Below, in pieces: positions 1 through 9,465 of a DNA stretch of 50,993 nucleotides. The stretch is from Pseudomonadota bacterium (GTDB lineage Bacteria; Bdellovibrionota_B; Oligoflexia; Oligoflexales; CAIMVM01). A model generated the notes under the pieces. The model had not been told where the DNA came from. It ran no database searches and was given only the letters and a program-made list of their open reading frames with translations. Position numbers and translations under genes: made by a program. The DNA is taken from assembly GCA_037142195.1 (NCBI GenBank), contig JBAXBA010000017.1, positions 1-50,993 on the forward strand, given 5' to 3'. Every line of letters begins with the position of its first letter. Position 1 is the first letter of the stretch.

Positions 1-324
1 AATCAATAAGATGCTGCCTATCTAATGCATTTCAGGTGGGGGAAGATCCGTCAGAACAAAAATCACTAACTACATCAACGCTTCACTACGAAAAAATAGC
101 TTTAGAAACAATAGGAATCTGCAATTAAGGCCCTGTAATTAAGAGCTTTACCCTGTTGCGCATGGACGCAGATTCTATGGCTTAAAGAAAACGTCTACTT
201 GAAGAGACATGTTTTCTCCTCAACTAAAGTCTGTATGATCGAAGTGACTAAATGTCACCACAGCAAAGGCGACATGGCTATTTGACCATTGGTTGACCAT
301 CGTGCGATTTCCAGGACACCGCAC

Positions 325-359
325 AAAAAAAACGACCCTGATTTATTCAATCAGAGCCG
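325..359 (-). terminator. Rho-independent terminator of tRNA-fMet
   Basis: Minus strand CGGCTCTGATT-gaata-AATCAGGGTCG (11-bp stem with G-U pairs) followed by T8, 10 nt past the tRNA CCA end. Confidence 0.8.
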
Positions 360-369
360 GTACTTATGT

Positions 370-446
370 TGGTAGCGGGGGCAGGATTTGAACCTGCGGC
401 CTTCGGGTTATGAGCCCGACGAGATACCAGACTTCTCCACCCCGCG
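370..446 (-). tRNA. initiator tRNA-fMet (CAT)
   Basis: CGCGGGGTGGAGAAGTCTGGTATCTCGTCGGGCTCATAACCCGAAGGCCGCAGGTTCAAATCCTGCCCCCGCTACCA; C1:A72 mismatch, GGG/CCC anticodon stem, TTCAA T-loop, encoded CCA. Confidence 0.97.
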
Positions 447-461
447 TCATGGTGAAGAAGC

Positions 462-490
462 GTTATAGGACTATTCACGACATCTGTCAA
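462..490 (-). promoter_or_regulatory. sigma70-type promoter of tRNA-fMet
   Basis: TTGACA-17 nt-TATAAC, 15 nt upstream of the tRNA 5' end. Confidence 0.85.
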
Positions 491-532
491 TGAAATTCAC
501 CCAAATACCGTAAATAATCTGTAAACCTTAAC

Positions 533-2797
533 TTAAATGAGATTTAAAGCGCTTCCTGCCTTAAACCATTCAATCTGCTCCTGGTTATAGGAGTGTTTGA
601 CTGGAAAAGAATCGCGGCTTCCATCCTCGTGCTTGAGTTCAAGAGTCAAATCTACGCCAGGCTTAAAAGTTGAAAGACCTAAGACAGAAATTTGATCCGT
701 TTCCTTAATTTTGTCGTAATCAGAAGGATTCTTAAAGGTAATGGCAAGTACGCCTTGTTTCTTTAAGTTGGTTTCATGGATGCGAGCAAACGTTTTTACA
801 AGTACCGTAGAAGCTCCTAAAAACCTAGGCGACATGGCAGCATGCTCTCTTGAGGATCCTTCTCCATAGTTGTCGTCTCCAACCACTACCCAGCGTTCAC
901 CAGATTTTTGATATTGCCTCGCTATAGCAGATAAGGTTTCCGTTCTTGACCCTGTAAGTTGATTCAAACCTTTTCCCGGTTCTGGCTGAAAAAAGTTAGT
1001 GGCTCCTAATAGCATATTATCGGAAATTCTATCTAAATGGCCCCGAAACCTAAGCCACTTACCGGCAGGAGAGATATGATCCGTGGTGCATTTCCCTTTT
1101 GCTTTAACTAAAAGTCGGTGATTTGCAAAGTCTTTACCATCCCACTTTAAGAATGGTTTTAGTATTTGAAGTCGCTCAGATGTTGCACTTACATTCACAA
1201 CTACCTTTGACGAATCTAATGCTGGCTCAATATAGCCCGACATATCTTCCACAAATCCTTTTTCAGGAAGCTCAGGGGCTACAGGAGCCGTCAATTTGAC
1301 TTCTCCGCCACTTGGCGACTTAATCACATCTTTACGTGGGTCAAATGAAAGGCGTCCGGAGGCCGCATAGGCTACAACCATCTCGGGGCTGCCGATAAAA
1401 GCAAGAGTCTCGGGATTACTGTCGTTACGCCCTCTAAAATTTCGGTTAAAACTTGTGACAATCGAGTTGGCTTCGCCCGACTTCATATCGTCGCGTGTCC
1501 ATTGACCAATACATGGCCCACACGCATTGGCTAATAAAGTTCCACCAAACTCTTCAAGAGTTTGAAGTAAGCCATCCCGTTTAATTGTAGCGGCTACTTG
1601 AGCAGATCCTGGAGATATAAAAAAGGGCGCGGTAGCTTTTACCCCAACCTTCAAGGCTTCGCGAGCAATAGAAGCAGCTTTGTAGATGTCTTCATAGGAG
1701 GAGTTTGTGCAAGACCCAATAAGCGCCGCGGATACCTTATCAGGATATCCTTCTTTGATGATTTCAGCTTTGAAATTTGAAATACCCCTCGCTTTATCTG
1801 GCGAGTGAGGTCCGACCATATAAGGTTCTAACTTATCTAGATCAATCTCGACAACTTCGTCATAATACTTAGTGGGATTAGCCTCAACTTCAGCATCTGC
1901 CCGAAGGTGTTCTTGGTACTCGTCAGCAAGGCGAGCCAAGTCTGTCCTTTTGGTGGCCTTTAGGTAAGCAGACATTTTTGAATCGTAGGCAAAAACAGAG
2001 CAAGTTGCCCCAAGCTCAGCTCCCATATTTGTAATTGTCGCTTTTCCAGTGCAAGAAATCGTAGAAGCGCCTGGGCCAAAATACTCAACTATTTTATTGG
2101 TGCCACCAGCTACAGTCAGTTTTTCCAGAACTTTCAAGATTACATCTTTTGGCGAAGCCCATGGCTGAAAGCTTCCCGTAAGTTTAACGCCGATAATTTT
2201 TGGATTGAGCAACTCCCAAGGAAACCCTGCCATAACATCCACGGCATCAGCTCCGCCAACTCCACAAGCCAGCATCCCTAGACCGCCCGCATTTGGCGTA
2301 TGGGAATCGGTGCCAATCATAAGCCCACCTGGGAACGCATAATTTTCTAGAATTACCTGGTGAATAATTCCAGCACCCGGCCCCCAAAAGCCAATTCCGT
2401 ACTTCTCAGAAGCTGTTTTTAAAAAGCTAAATACTTCTGAATTATCGGCATTTGCCGCTGTCATGTCTTTTGAAATGCCTTTATGAGCCACAATTAAATG
2501 ATCGCAATGAACAGTCGAAGGAACGGCTACCGACTTCTTTCCCGATTGCATAAACTGCAATATAGCCATTTGCGCCGTTGCATCCTGCATAGCGACCCGG
2601 TCTGGTCGAAGCATGATAAAGCTTTGTCCTCGCTTAAAATCAGCAACACTTTGCCCTTCGTCTAAATGACAAAAAAGTATTTTTTCTGCCAGAGTCAACG
2701 GTCGAGACAGTTCTTTTCTAAACTTCGCAATTTTAACAGGCATTTTCTCATATACAGATTTGACCAGTTCTGCTGTGGTCGCGACTCGTGATGTCAT
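533..2797 (-). CDS. acnA: aconitate hydratase, mitochondrial-like type
   Basis: 754 aa; DRVAMQDATAQMA, HCDH, GTDSHTP, GSCTNSS and NACGPCIG Fe-S ligands, TTDHISP, YGEGSSREHAA. Confidence 0.95.
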   Translation of the reverse strand: MTSRVATTAELVKSVYEKMPVKIAKFRKELSRPLTLAEKILFCHLDEGQSVADFKRGQSFIMLRPDRVAMQDATAQMAILQFMQSGKKSVAVPSTVHCDHLIVAHKGISKDMTAANADNSEVFSFLKTASEKYGIGFWGPGAGIIHQVILENYAFPGGLMIGTDSHTPNAGGLGMLACGVGGADAVDVMAGFPWELLNPKIIGVKLTGSFQPWASPKDVILKVLEKLTVAGGTNKIVEYFGPGASTISCTGKATITNMGAELGATCSVFAYDSKMSAYLKATKRTDLARLADEYQEHLRADAEVEANPTKYYDEVVEIDLDKLEPYMVGPHSPDKARGISNFKAEIIKEGYPDKVSAALIGSCTNSSYEDIYKAASIAREALKVGVKATAPFFISPGSAQVAATIKRDGLLQTLEEFGGTLLANACGPCIGQWTRDDMKSGEANSIVTSFNRNFRGRNDSNPETLAFIGSPEMVVAYAASGRLSFDPRKDVIKSPSGGEVKLTAPVAPELPEKGFVEDMSGYIEPALDSSKVVVNVSATSERLQILKPFLKWDGKDFANHRLLVKAKGKCTTDHISPAGKWLRFRGHLDRISDNMLLGATNFFQPEPGKGLNQLTGSRTETLSAIARQYQKSGERWVVVGDDNYGEGSSREHAAMSPRFLGASTVLVKTFARIHETNLKKQGVLAITFKNPSDYDKIKETDQISVLGLSTFKPGVDLTLELKHEDGSRDSFPVKHSYNQEQIEWFKAGSALNLI

Positions 2798-2821
2798 GTT
2801 TCGATACCTCGCTACAATGTT

Positions 2822-3292
2822 TTATACTTTACCGGCTGAACTCTCGCTCAACTTTTCATAAACTTGATTTAATTTCTGCACTAAGCCGCCCAGTTCGTCA
2901 TTATTTCTTAATTTAAGGGGCTCGGGCTTGCCGCCTTCAAGTATAACATCCAAAAATCGATGGATTGAGATCAAGGGGCCATAAATTTTATGTGTATACT
3001 TAATGGTAATAAAAAAAGTCATACCAATGAATACACTAACCAGCGCCCCGCCAGCTGCTAGTGGCCATGCAAACTTGGACCAAGTGACTAAACTTTCCGC
3101 TTGGTTCAATTGAAAATACGTCTCCATGGCTTTAAACATATCCCAGATATAAAAGCCAAAAACACAAGCAATCAAAACGGAAAATATTAAATTGAGCATC
3201 ACAATCATAAGACCTAGCCGAACTTGAACGTAGGGCTCAACCAACATCGACCCAAGACCACCGCGCCGACCTTTTACCACAGTGACTCCCAT
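2822..3292 (-). CDS. two-TM membrane protein with C-terminal HAMP-like segment
   Basis: Two hydrophobic helices then THKIYGPL...LRNNDELGGL, HAMP-like; no output domain. Confidence 0.6.
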   Translation of the reverse strand: MGVTVVKGRRGGLGSMLVEPYVQVRLGLMIVMLNLIFSVLIACVFGFYIWDMFKAMETYFQLNQAESLVTWSKFAWPLAAGGALVSVFIGMTFFITIKYTHKIYGPLISIHRFLDVILEGGKPEPLKLRNNDELGGLVQKLNQVYEKLSESSAGKV

Positions 3293-3440
3293 CCTAAAAC
3301 GTTAGAAGGAAATAATAACTCTATGTTACTAGAATCGCTAGCAGGAATCGACAATTAGATGGCGTTGAAGAACCAAGTAACTGCAAAAACCTCAATGTCA
3401 CTCAAGTTCAAAAGAATCTTAGATTAATTTTTAGACAGTT

Positions 3441-4640
3441 CTAGCGACTACGGGGATCTTTGATGGCAGCTCCCAGCTCTTTTACTTGAGTCCCAACTAA
3501 AGTCATAAAAGAAACGCCGCCCGCGCAAGGTAGAGGTCCTCCAGAGACCACTGCCATAAGTTTATTGGGGGTCTTAAAAACAGGCCCACCTGAATCACCT
3601 ACACATACTCCCTCGGAAGGCGCCGAGGCCCTCGGAAGAGCAAATATATAATTGCGGTCCATGCTGATCATGGCGGCTTTTAAGGTAACTCCCCTTAATG
3701 GCAAATCTTGATTCGCAATGGAAACTGGAAAAAGTTCTTCGCATCCTTTTTCAGGGGAAAAAGAAAAATTAGGAAGATGCGCGCAACCTTCTCGATTTAC
3801 ACCTGGTACAACCCGCCTTTGGGAGAAACGGTTTAAAACACCAAAGCCAAAGACCGCCAAATCAGGGCTACTTGCAAAAATGGACTTATCAAAGGTGTAA
3901 TTTGAATTTTGATCTTTTGTTGCGGACTGAGACGCAGACAAATTTGCAAGTCGGATGATTTCCTGCTTTACACGATGGTCTTTGGGCTCAATCGGCTCTA
4001 ATAAATAATCAACGCTTAATGTGTCCCGAACTTTTGATGATGACTCAGAAACCATGACAGCAGCCGCTACATCGTTACTTGTCTCATCTCCAATATTCAA
4101 TTCTGTAAAACGCGGATGTGGTATAAACGCTTCTATTTCAAGCCATTGTTTAGACGCTGGAACATAAAACCAGAGCCGTCCTGCTCCATGGACGCGCCTG
4201 GAAAACGAAGTTTTGGTCTCTCCTGAGCCAAATTTTTGCTTATTCCTTCGATCCAAAGAGTCCATGAGCTTGTTGTTAAGCTCATCGAAAGCCGTATTCA
4301 GCTGGCAATGGGCTGCTGTAATTATGACAGGTTGATCACTAAAAAAAGAATCTTTAACGATACTGCCAGAACAAGAGGTTCTAAAACCGCATGCTTCAGC
4401 ATTTCGCTCGGAAATCAGATTTCTGTCTTGGCATTCTTTGGGAAGAGTCCTGCCTCTACTATAGATGTCTTTGTCACGAAGTATAGAATGGAGTTCATAT
4501 AGAAAAAGCCCCGTAGTTCTTGCTGCATAGCTGGTAGGTTCCACTATAGGCCCATTATTCAAAGTTGCAGAGTCTCCCTCCCAACTGGAAAATCTACACC
4601 CGACTAGAAATAGAAAAAGAAATAATAGACGCATGCCCAC
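3441..4640 (-). CDS. S1 (trypsin-fold) serine protease, lipoprotein
   Basis: Lipobox LVGC; catalytic motifs TAAHC, NDVA, GDSGGP. Confidence 0.85.
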   Translation of the reverse strand: MGMRLLFLFLFLVGCRFSSWEGDSATLNNGPIVEPTSYAARTTGLFLYELHSILRDKDIYSRGRTLPKECQDRNLISERNAEACGFRTSCSGSIVKDSFFSDQPVIITAAHCQLNTAFDELNNKLMDSLDRRNKQKFGSGETKTSFSRRVHGAGRLWFYVPASKQWLEIEAFIPHPRFTELNIGDETSNDVAAAVMVSESSSKVRDTLSVDYLLEPIEPKDHRVKQEIIRLANLSASQSATKDQNSNYTFDKSIFASSPDLAVFGFGVLNRFSQRRVVPGVNREGCAHLPNFSFSPEKGCEELFPVSIANQDLPLRGVTLKAAMISMDRNYIFALPRASAPSEGVCVGDSGGPVFKTPNKLMAVVSGGPLPCAGGVSFMTLVGTQVKELGAAIKDPRSR

Positions 4641-4664
4641 CCCCTACACAGACTCACCAGTATA

Positions 4665-5363
4665 TCATGTGTGATATTTGGACGCAAAAACCGCGGTTGC
4701 CGCCACAGCTGCCGTCCATGCCCTTAGCACTTGGGGCCCTAAAGTTACTTTTCTATACTCTGACAGCAGGAGCTCTTCCCGATCTGAAAAACCTTTTTCT
4801 CCACCTATAATAAATCCGGCTGAACCTTCGTTTGCCGTAACAACCTCAAACAACGACAACTTGGATCCGGGCAATAGACAAATGGGCTCGCAATGAAAAA
4901 GTCTCAACGTCTCATCCAAGGTCTCAGTGAAAATCATTTCTGGTAGCCAAGCAGATTTGCATTGCTTGGCAGCGGTGATGGCAAGTCGGTGGAAACGATC
5001 TTTGACTTTTTCGTTAAGGCGCTCTTTATTAACAAAGTCTTGGCCAAAGATAAAAAGCCTGCTGAGCCCCAACTCAACTAGTGGAGGTATCATCTCCTCA
5101 TAGGTATTAGGTCGCAAGGCTCCCACCGCTAGTTCTAGCTGCCTAGTCGGTTGAGGTTCTTCGATTTCCTCTTCCACCTCAAAATCCAGGGTCTTCTTAG
5201 TTACCTTGAGGCACCGCGCTGACGCTATTCTGCCCTTACCATCCATGATTTCAAATCTATCGCCTTCATCCATGCGAAGAACATGTATCATGTGCTCTAT
5301 TTCTGAAGGCTGCACTTTCCAGGAATCTTCTTTGGTGCCAAAAAATCGAAAGAGATGTTTCAT
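4665..5363 (-). CDS. rsmE: 16S rRNA m3U1498 methyltransferase
   Basis: HMIHVLR, AAKQC, IGGEKGFS, LGPQVLRAWTA SPOUT motifs; ATGA overlap with prmA. Confidence 0.9.
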   Translation of the reverse strand: MKHLFRFFGTKEDSWKVQPSEIEHMIHVLRMDEGDRFEIMDGKGRIASARCLKVTKKTLDFEVEEEIEEPQPTRQLELAVGALRPNTYEEMIPPLVELGLSRLFIFGQDFVNKERLNEKVKDRFHRLAITAAKQCKSAWLPEMIFTETLDETLRLFHCEPICLLPGSKLSLFEVVTANEGSAGFIIGGEKGFSDREELLLSEYRKVTLGPQVLRAWTAAVAATAVFASKYHT

Positions 5364-6313
5364 TTACGTTTCTCGAGTAAAAGCGCTCCCCAACCTTCAA
5401 GTTCCGTTGAACGCACCATGGAAAATCCTAGCAAGGATGCCGCATCAGTCATTTCCTGTAGTTGTTCCATTAAAATCCCTGAAAGCAGGAGTTTTCCACC
5501 TAATTTAGTGACGCGAGCTAAATCTGGAAGGATTCGAAATAATACGATAGGAAGAATATTGGCAATGACAAAGTCTACTGGTAAAAAATCACGGCCATCT
5601 GGCCAAAATTCTGGGCAGCTCCCTGCCATAATATGTACATCGACATGGTTGACCTTGCAATTGTACTGTGAGCTCTCGACGGCGAGATGATCAATATCAG
5701 TCCCGATAACTTCAGCAAAACCAAGTCTTTTAGCCGCAATTGCCAATACACCCGTGCCAGTCCCAACATCGAGGCAAGTCTTGCCTTGAATATCATGGCT
5801 CTCCAATTTTTCAAGGGCTCTCACACAAATTTGAGTGGTAGCATGTTGCCCCGTCCCAAAGGCCATCCCAGGCTCGATATCTATATAGATGAGACCGGGT
5901 TGGGTAGGCTTATCCCAAGGAGGATGAATACAAAACATCTCACTAAAAATGGGTTTAAATCCTTCTTTCCAACCTTCCATCCAGACCTGTGAGTCCATAG
6001 AATGATCTTCAATCGCAATAGAATCAGGAAACGCCAAAAGAAGTTTGGCCTTTAAATCAGCCAAATACTCCAAGCTATAATCATATATGGAGACGGGGGC
6101 TAAATTGCCACCCATCTCCTGATAAAATTCACTTAGAGTCTGATCGTAACGGTGGTCGACATAAATATCATCGATGGCACCCTCCACAAATGACTCCACC
6201 CCATTTCCAGCGAGCCAACTTGTGACCAATTCCTTGGTCTCAAAAATTTCACTGGCCGAGCGGTTATGAGCCAAAAATACAATTCGTAATTCAAAGGTCT
6301 TTGCAGGAATCAA
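5360..6313 (-). CDS. prmA: ribosomal protein L11 methyltransferase
   Basis: IEPGMAFGTGQHATT, LDVGTGTGVLAI, VIANIL, LLLSGI; TTG start. Confidence 0.92.
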   Translation of the reverse strand: MIPAKTFELRIVFLAHNRSASEIFETKELVTSWLAGNGVESFVEGAIDDIYVDHRYDQTLSEFYQEMGGNLAPVSIYDYSLEYLADLKAKLLLAFPDSIAIEDHSMDSQVWMEGWKEGFKPIFSEMFCIHPPWDKPTQPGLIYIDIEPGMAFGTGQHATTQICVRALEKLESHDIQGKTCLDVGTGTGVLAIAAKRLGFAEVIGTDIDHLAVESSQYNCKVNHVDVHIMAGSCPEFWPDGRDFLPVDFVIANILPIVLFRILPDLARVTKLGGKLLLSGILMEQLQEMTDAASLLGFSMVRSTELEGWGALLLEKRK

Positions 6314-6330
6314 ATGGTAAGTCCTTTATT

Positions 6331-8079
6331 CTAGCGCAGTCCTGAAAACGGACCGTTTGGGGCAAATAAGTACCTGTCGGTTAGGTAATACCTTAGTTGT
6401 GCCTCAAGTTCATCTAGCTTCATACCTGCCTTTACAGATTCTGCCCGTTTCCCCATGTGCTTCAATCCTCTAGACAACAACTCCCAACCTGCCGCGTCCG
6501 TTGGAAAAGTATTCAAAAAACGCCTAGTTAAAGCGACGCTCGCAGCGCTGTCTTTGCGCGTAAAAGCATCCTCTGCCAAAATAAGCTGCATCCAAGCCAG
6601 CCTATCCATTTTAGGCCCCACCACATCCTTCATGGTCGCATTAGCAAACTCCGACGCCAAGCCAGACTGGCCTAATTTTGCGGCAACAAAGCCCAAATTC
6701 CAATAGAGTGTCCAGTGAATAGGACCAGACTGCCTTGCCTTATTGAAATAGAGTTGCGCCTGTTTCCATTTGTTAATCCTAACATTGGCAAGCCCTCTTA
6801 CATGCCAATATTCACTGGAAACGGAACGGCTCAACTGAAGCCAGTTGGCTAACAAAATCTCGGCTTCCTGGTTCTTTTTAAGTGACAAGAGAACTCGGGC
6901 TTTCCAAAGAATCACATCTTCTGCTGACTTACGCTGTGAGCTGCCCTCTAAGCTTTGAAAATCCCAAACCAAATCAAATCGACTTAATATCTGCGCGCCT
7001 AATTTAAGTCGCACAGCCTCCGGTACGATCAAACTGAATAGTTCGGGAGATTTCACCAGCTGAACCACACCGGCTTTTGAAAAGGCATATTGAATGAGTT
7101 TATCTTTGGATCCGGGTGAAGAGTATTGGGCCAGGAACCGAGATTTCCAAGTAGCATTCTTGTCTTCACCGGCAAGAACTTTCAAATTTATATTCCCAAA
7201 ATTAGCGCCTTCGGTATACGAACCTCTTTTCAAGAGACTGATCTGAGCCCAAGTTAAGATTTCACTTCTTAAGCCTGTTAAATATTTGGGACCGGCCTGC
7301 ACAGAGCTCATAACTGATTTTTTAAATAGAGCCCAATTCTCGTCATTTAGAGCCACTTCTGCTTTTATGAGTTCCACTAATGAGATTGCCAATCCCTTTG
7401 CGTCAGATATTTTATTAAGTTCAGATTTGAGTTTTGCTTTATTGCCCTTGGCTCTATAAGCCAAGACATCTGCTAAGCAGAGTTTGGTCTTAGGAGATTT
7501 AGAGCAATCCCCCTCCAATGCAGAAACACCAGGTTCGGCATAAAGTACATTTACGATATTTTTGTAGAGATTTAATTCCGAAAACTCCATTTTCTTTGAG
7601 AATTTATCTCTAAGAGCGGGGGACTTTAAAAATTGCAAGCAGTCATACACGCGAAGCTGAACATTTAAGTCCTGAATCCCCAAGAACTCTTTTCTAACCT
7701 CACCTTTCGAAATCACTGAAGAACAAAGAGATTCTGTCAAATCTGAGGGTAACGGTGCAAGTACCGCATCTTCAACAACTAATGCTGGCTTAGCCACTTT
7801 TGTTTTTCTCTGAACTCCATAGAATACACCAATCACCAATAAAAATATTGCTAACGAAGCATATATAAGATTCGATCGGCTTATATTTTTTAAGGAATAG
7901 CGCACTTCGCGGGGCAAGTCTGAAACCTTAAACCGCTGCGTCGTCGGCCCTGGATCTTCCCATGACAGCTTAAAACTCGGCTCGTGGTCAAAGAGTCCAT
8001 TAAACTCGCTATCATGCTCTTTCTCGCCTTCGATAGTGCTTTTTGATTTGTCTATTTCTGAATCACTGGCCACTGGCAT
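6331..8079 (-). CDS. single-pass membrane protein with TPR-like helical repeats
   Basis: Acidic N-terminus, one TM (YASLAIFLLVIGVFYGV), C-terminal TPR-like segments (YWHVRGLA, YWNLGFVA, GWELLSRG). Confidence 0.65.
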   Translation of the reverse strand: MPVASDSEIDKSKSTIEGEKEHDSEFNGLFDHEPSFKLSWEDPGPTTQRFKVSDLPREVRYSLKNISRSNLIYASLAIFLLVIGVFYGVQRKTKVAKPALVVEDAVLAPLPSDLTESLCSSVISKGEVRKEFLGIQDLNVQLRVYDCLQFLKSPALRDKFSKKMEFSELNLYKNIVNVLYAEPGVSALEGDCSKSPKTKLCLADVLAYRAKGNKAKLKSELNKISDAKGLAISLVELIKAEVALNDENWALFKKSVMSSVQAGPKYLTGLRSEILTWAQISLLKRGSYTEGANFGNINLKVLAGEDKNATWKSRFLAQYSSPGSKDKLIQYAFSKAGVVQLVKSPELFSLIVPEAVRLKLGAQILSRFDLVWDFQSLEGSSQRKSAEDVILWKARVLLSLKKNQEAEILLANWLQLSRSVSSEYWHVRGLANVRINKWKQAQLYFNKARQSGPIHWTLYWNLGFVAAKLGQSGLASEFANATMKDVVGPKMDRLAWMQLILAEDAFTRKDSAASVALTRRFLNTFPTDAAGWELLSRGLKHMGKRAESVKAGMKLDELEAQLRYYLTDRYLFAPNGPFSGLR

Positions 8080-8211
8080 ATTCCTAAAAAGTATCCACCC
8101 GAAGGGAGTTCCCTATCCATTTCGGCTGTTTTTAGGCTAAGATAAGAAAAATCGTGGCGCGTACCGCAAAAAAAAACTATTTGCGCGAGGAATGGCGTCT
8201 CACAAATAGAC

Positions 8212-8649
8212 CTACCTCTTGAATACAACAACAAAATATCCACGAATTGGAATTCCACCCAAAAGAGTGTCTGCTGGGCAGGAATCTATCCGCGCAATTC
8301 GCGAATGATAGCGATTTACCACAAACTCCCATGCCTCCCTCGCCAACACAGGCGGTCCTACACTGCGGATGCCTTTTCCCGTGATAACTTTAAGTTCCGC
8401 GTCCCGATTTTGCGTCAGTATATTTTCTATACACTCTTCCAGCTTTTTCATAGCTACGGCAAGGGTACACCCATGAAGATCCAAAACTATATTTCCGCCC
8501 CCGGAGCGCTTGGGGCCAGGCTGCTTTTGGTCATTTTTTAAGCGAATCTCAGCGCTATCAAGCTTCCCTAACCATTCATGAAAAAGCTTTTCATCTTCAT
8601 TTTGGCCGCTGGAATTCTTCGGATGCTTCTCTTTTCCTGCCAATTCCAT
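8212..8649 (-). CDS. stand-alone Smr/MutS2-domain protein
   Basis: LDLHGCT and VITGKG Smr motifs; AAGGAGG places the start at ATG 8649 or TTG 8643 rather than 8700. Confidence 0.8.
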   Translation of the reverse strand: MELAGKEKHPKNSSGQNEDEKLFHEWLGKLDSAEIRLKNDQKQPGPKRSGGGNIVLDLHGCTLAVAMKKLEECIENILTQNRDAELKVITGKGIRSVGPPVLAREAWEFVVNRYHSRIARIDSCPADTLLGGIPIRGYFVVVFKR

Positions 8650-8750
8650 GCCTCCTTTACATTTTCGAAATGAAGACCTAAGATCCTCGCTACCGAACAC
8701 ACCTGAAATATATCACAACGCTGTGGACTAGGCGACATGAAGGACTTGGA

Positions 8751-9452
8751 ATGGAAACGAAGAAATTTGACCTCGATGAAGACAACATCACGAATAAACC
8801 AGGCGCATTAAAAACTTTACCGTCAAAAGAAAAAGAGCCTGGAAGAAGACAGGGAGCTTCCGCAAAGGAATCCCAGGAAGCAGAAGACCAACTGCACTCT
8901 GAATTGCAGGCCCTCGGTAAAAGCAAATTCTTCTTAGGATATGAATTTTTAACCTGGCTTTGGTATTTAATTGAAAAAGACAGTCAATTAACCCTAATAC
9001 CCAAGCACGCAAAACAACCTATCCAATTGACCCTTTGGATTGATGATCGAGTGGTAACAAGTGCAACCTCGGGCCAACAAAATACCATGCGCGGGGGCGA
9101 TCCTGCGCACTCGGCTGAGGCCGCCGTAGCTTTAGTTACTGGCAAGACCATTCGCGAGTTAAAGATAGGTATGGATGTCCTTGGTGTCGGTGAATATCGA
9201 ACAACACTCAACGCCAAAGATCTTCGCCCAAGAGGGCTAGTTTTGCCTACTCCGAGCGATGAAGATGACGAAGCCCCCCAGCAAGTATCTATACCTATGC
9301 GTCTAAGGCAACTCGATCTATTTCTTAACATATTTGACAGTTTGTTTTTAATGTTCATGGAGCAGAGAACTGCCGTCAAATGGGAAAAAAACACGACTTA
9401 TGATATAAAAGAATGGATTCATAATCGCAGCAATTGGAAAACTGTCCACTGA
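8751..9452 (+). CDS. conserved hypothetical protein (FLGxEFLTWLW family, possibly RdgC-related)
   Basis: 233-aa ORF with AAGGA RBS; FLGYEFLTWLWY and EAAVALVTGK motifs recalled from deltaproteobacterial hypothetical proteins. Confidence 0.55.
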   Translation: METKKFDLDEDNITNKPGALKTLPSKEKEPGRRQGASAKESQEAEDQLHSELQALGKSKFFLGYEFLTWLWYLIEKDSQLTLIPKHAKQPIQLTLWIDDRVVTSATSGQQNTMRGGDPAHSAEAAVALVTGKTIRELKIGMDVLGVGEYRTTLNAKDLRPRGLVLPTPSDEDDEAPQQVSIPMRLRQLDLFLNIFDSLFLMFMEQRTAVKWEKNTTYDIKEWIHNRSNWKTVH

Positions 9453-9465
9453 TTTGGAGTAGCCG

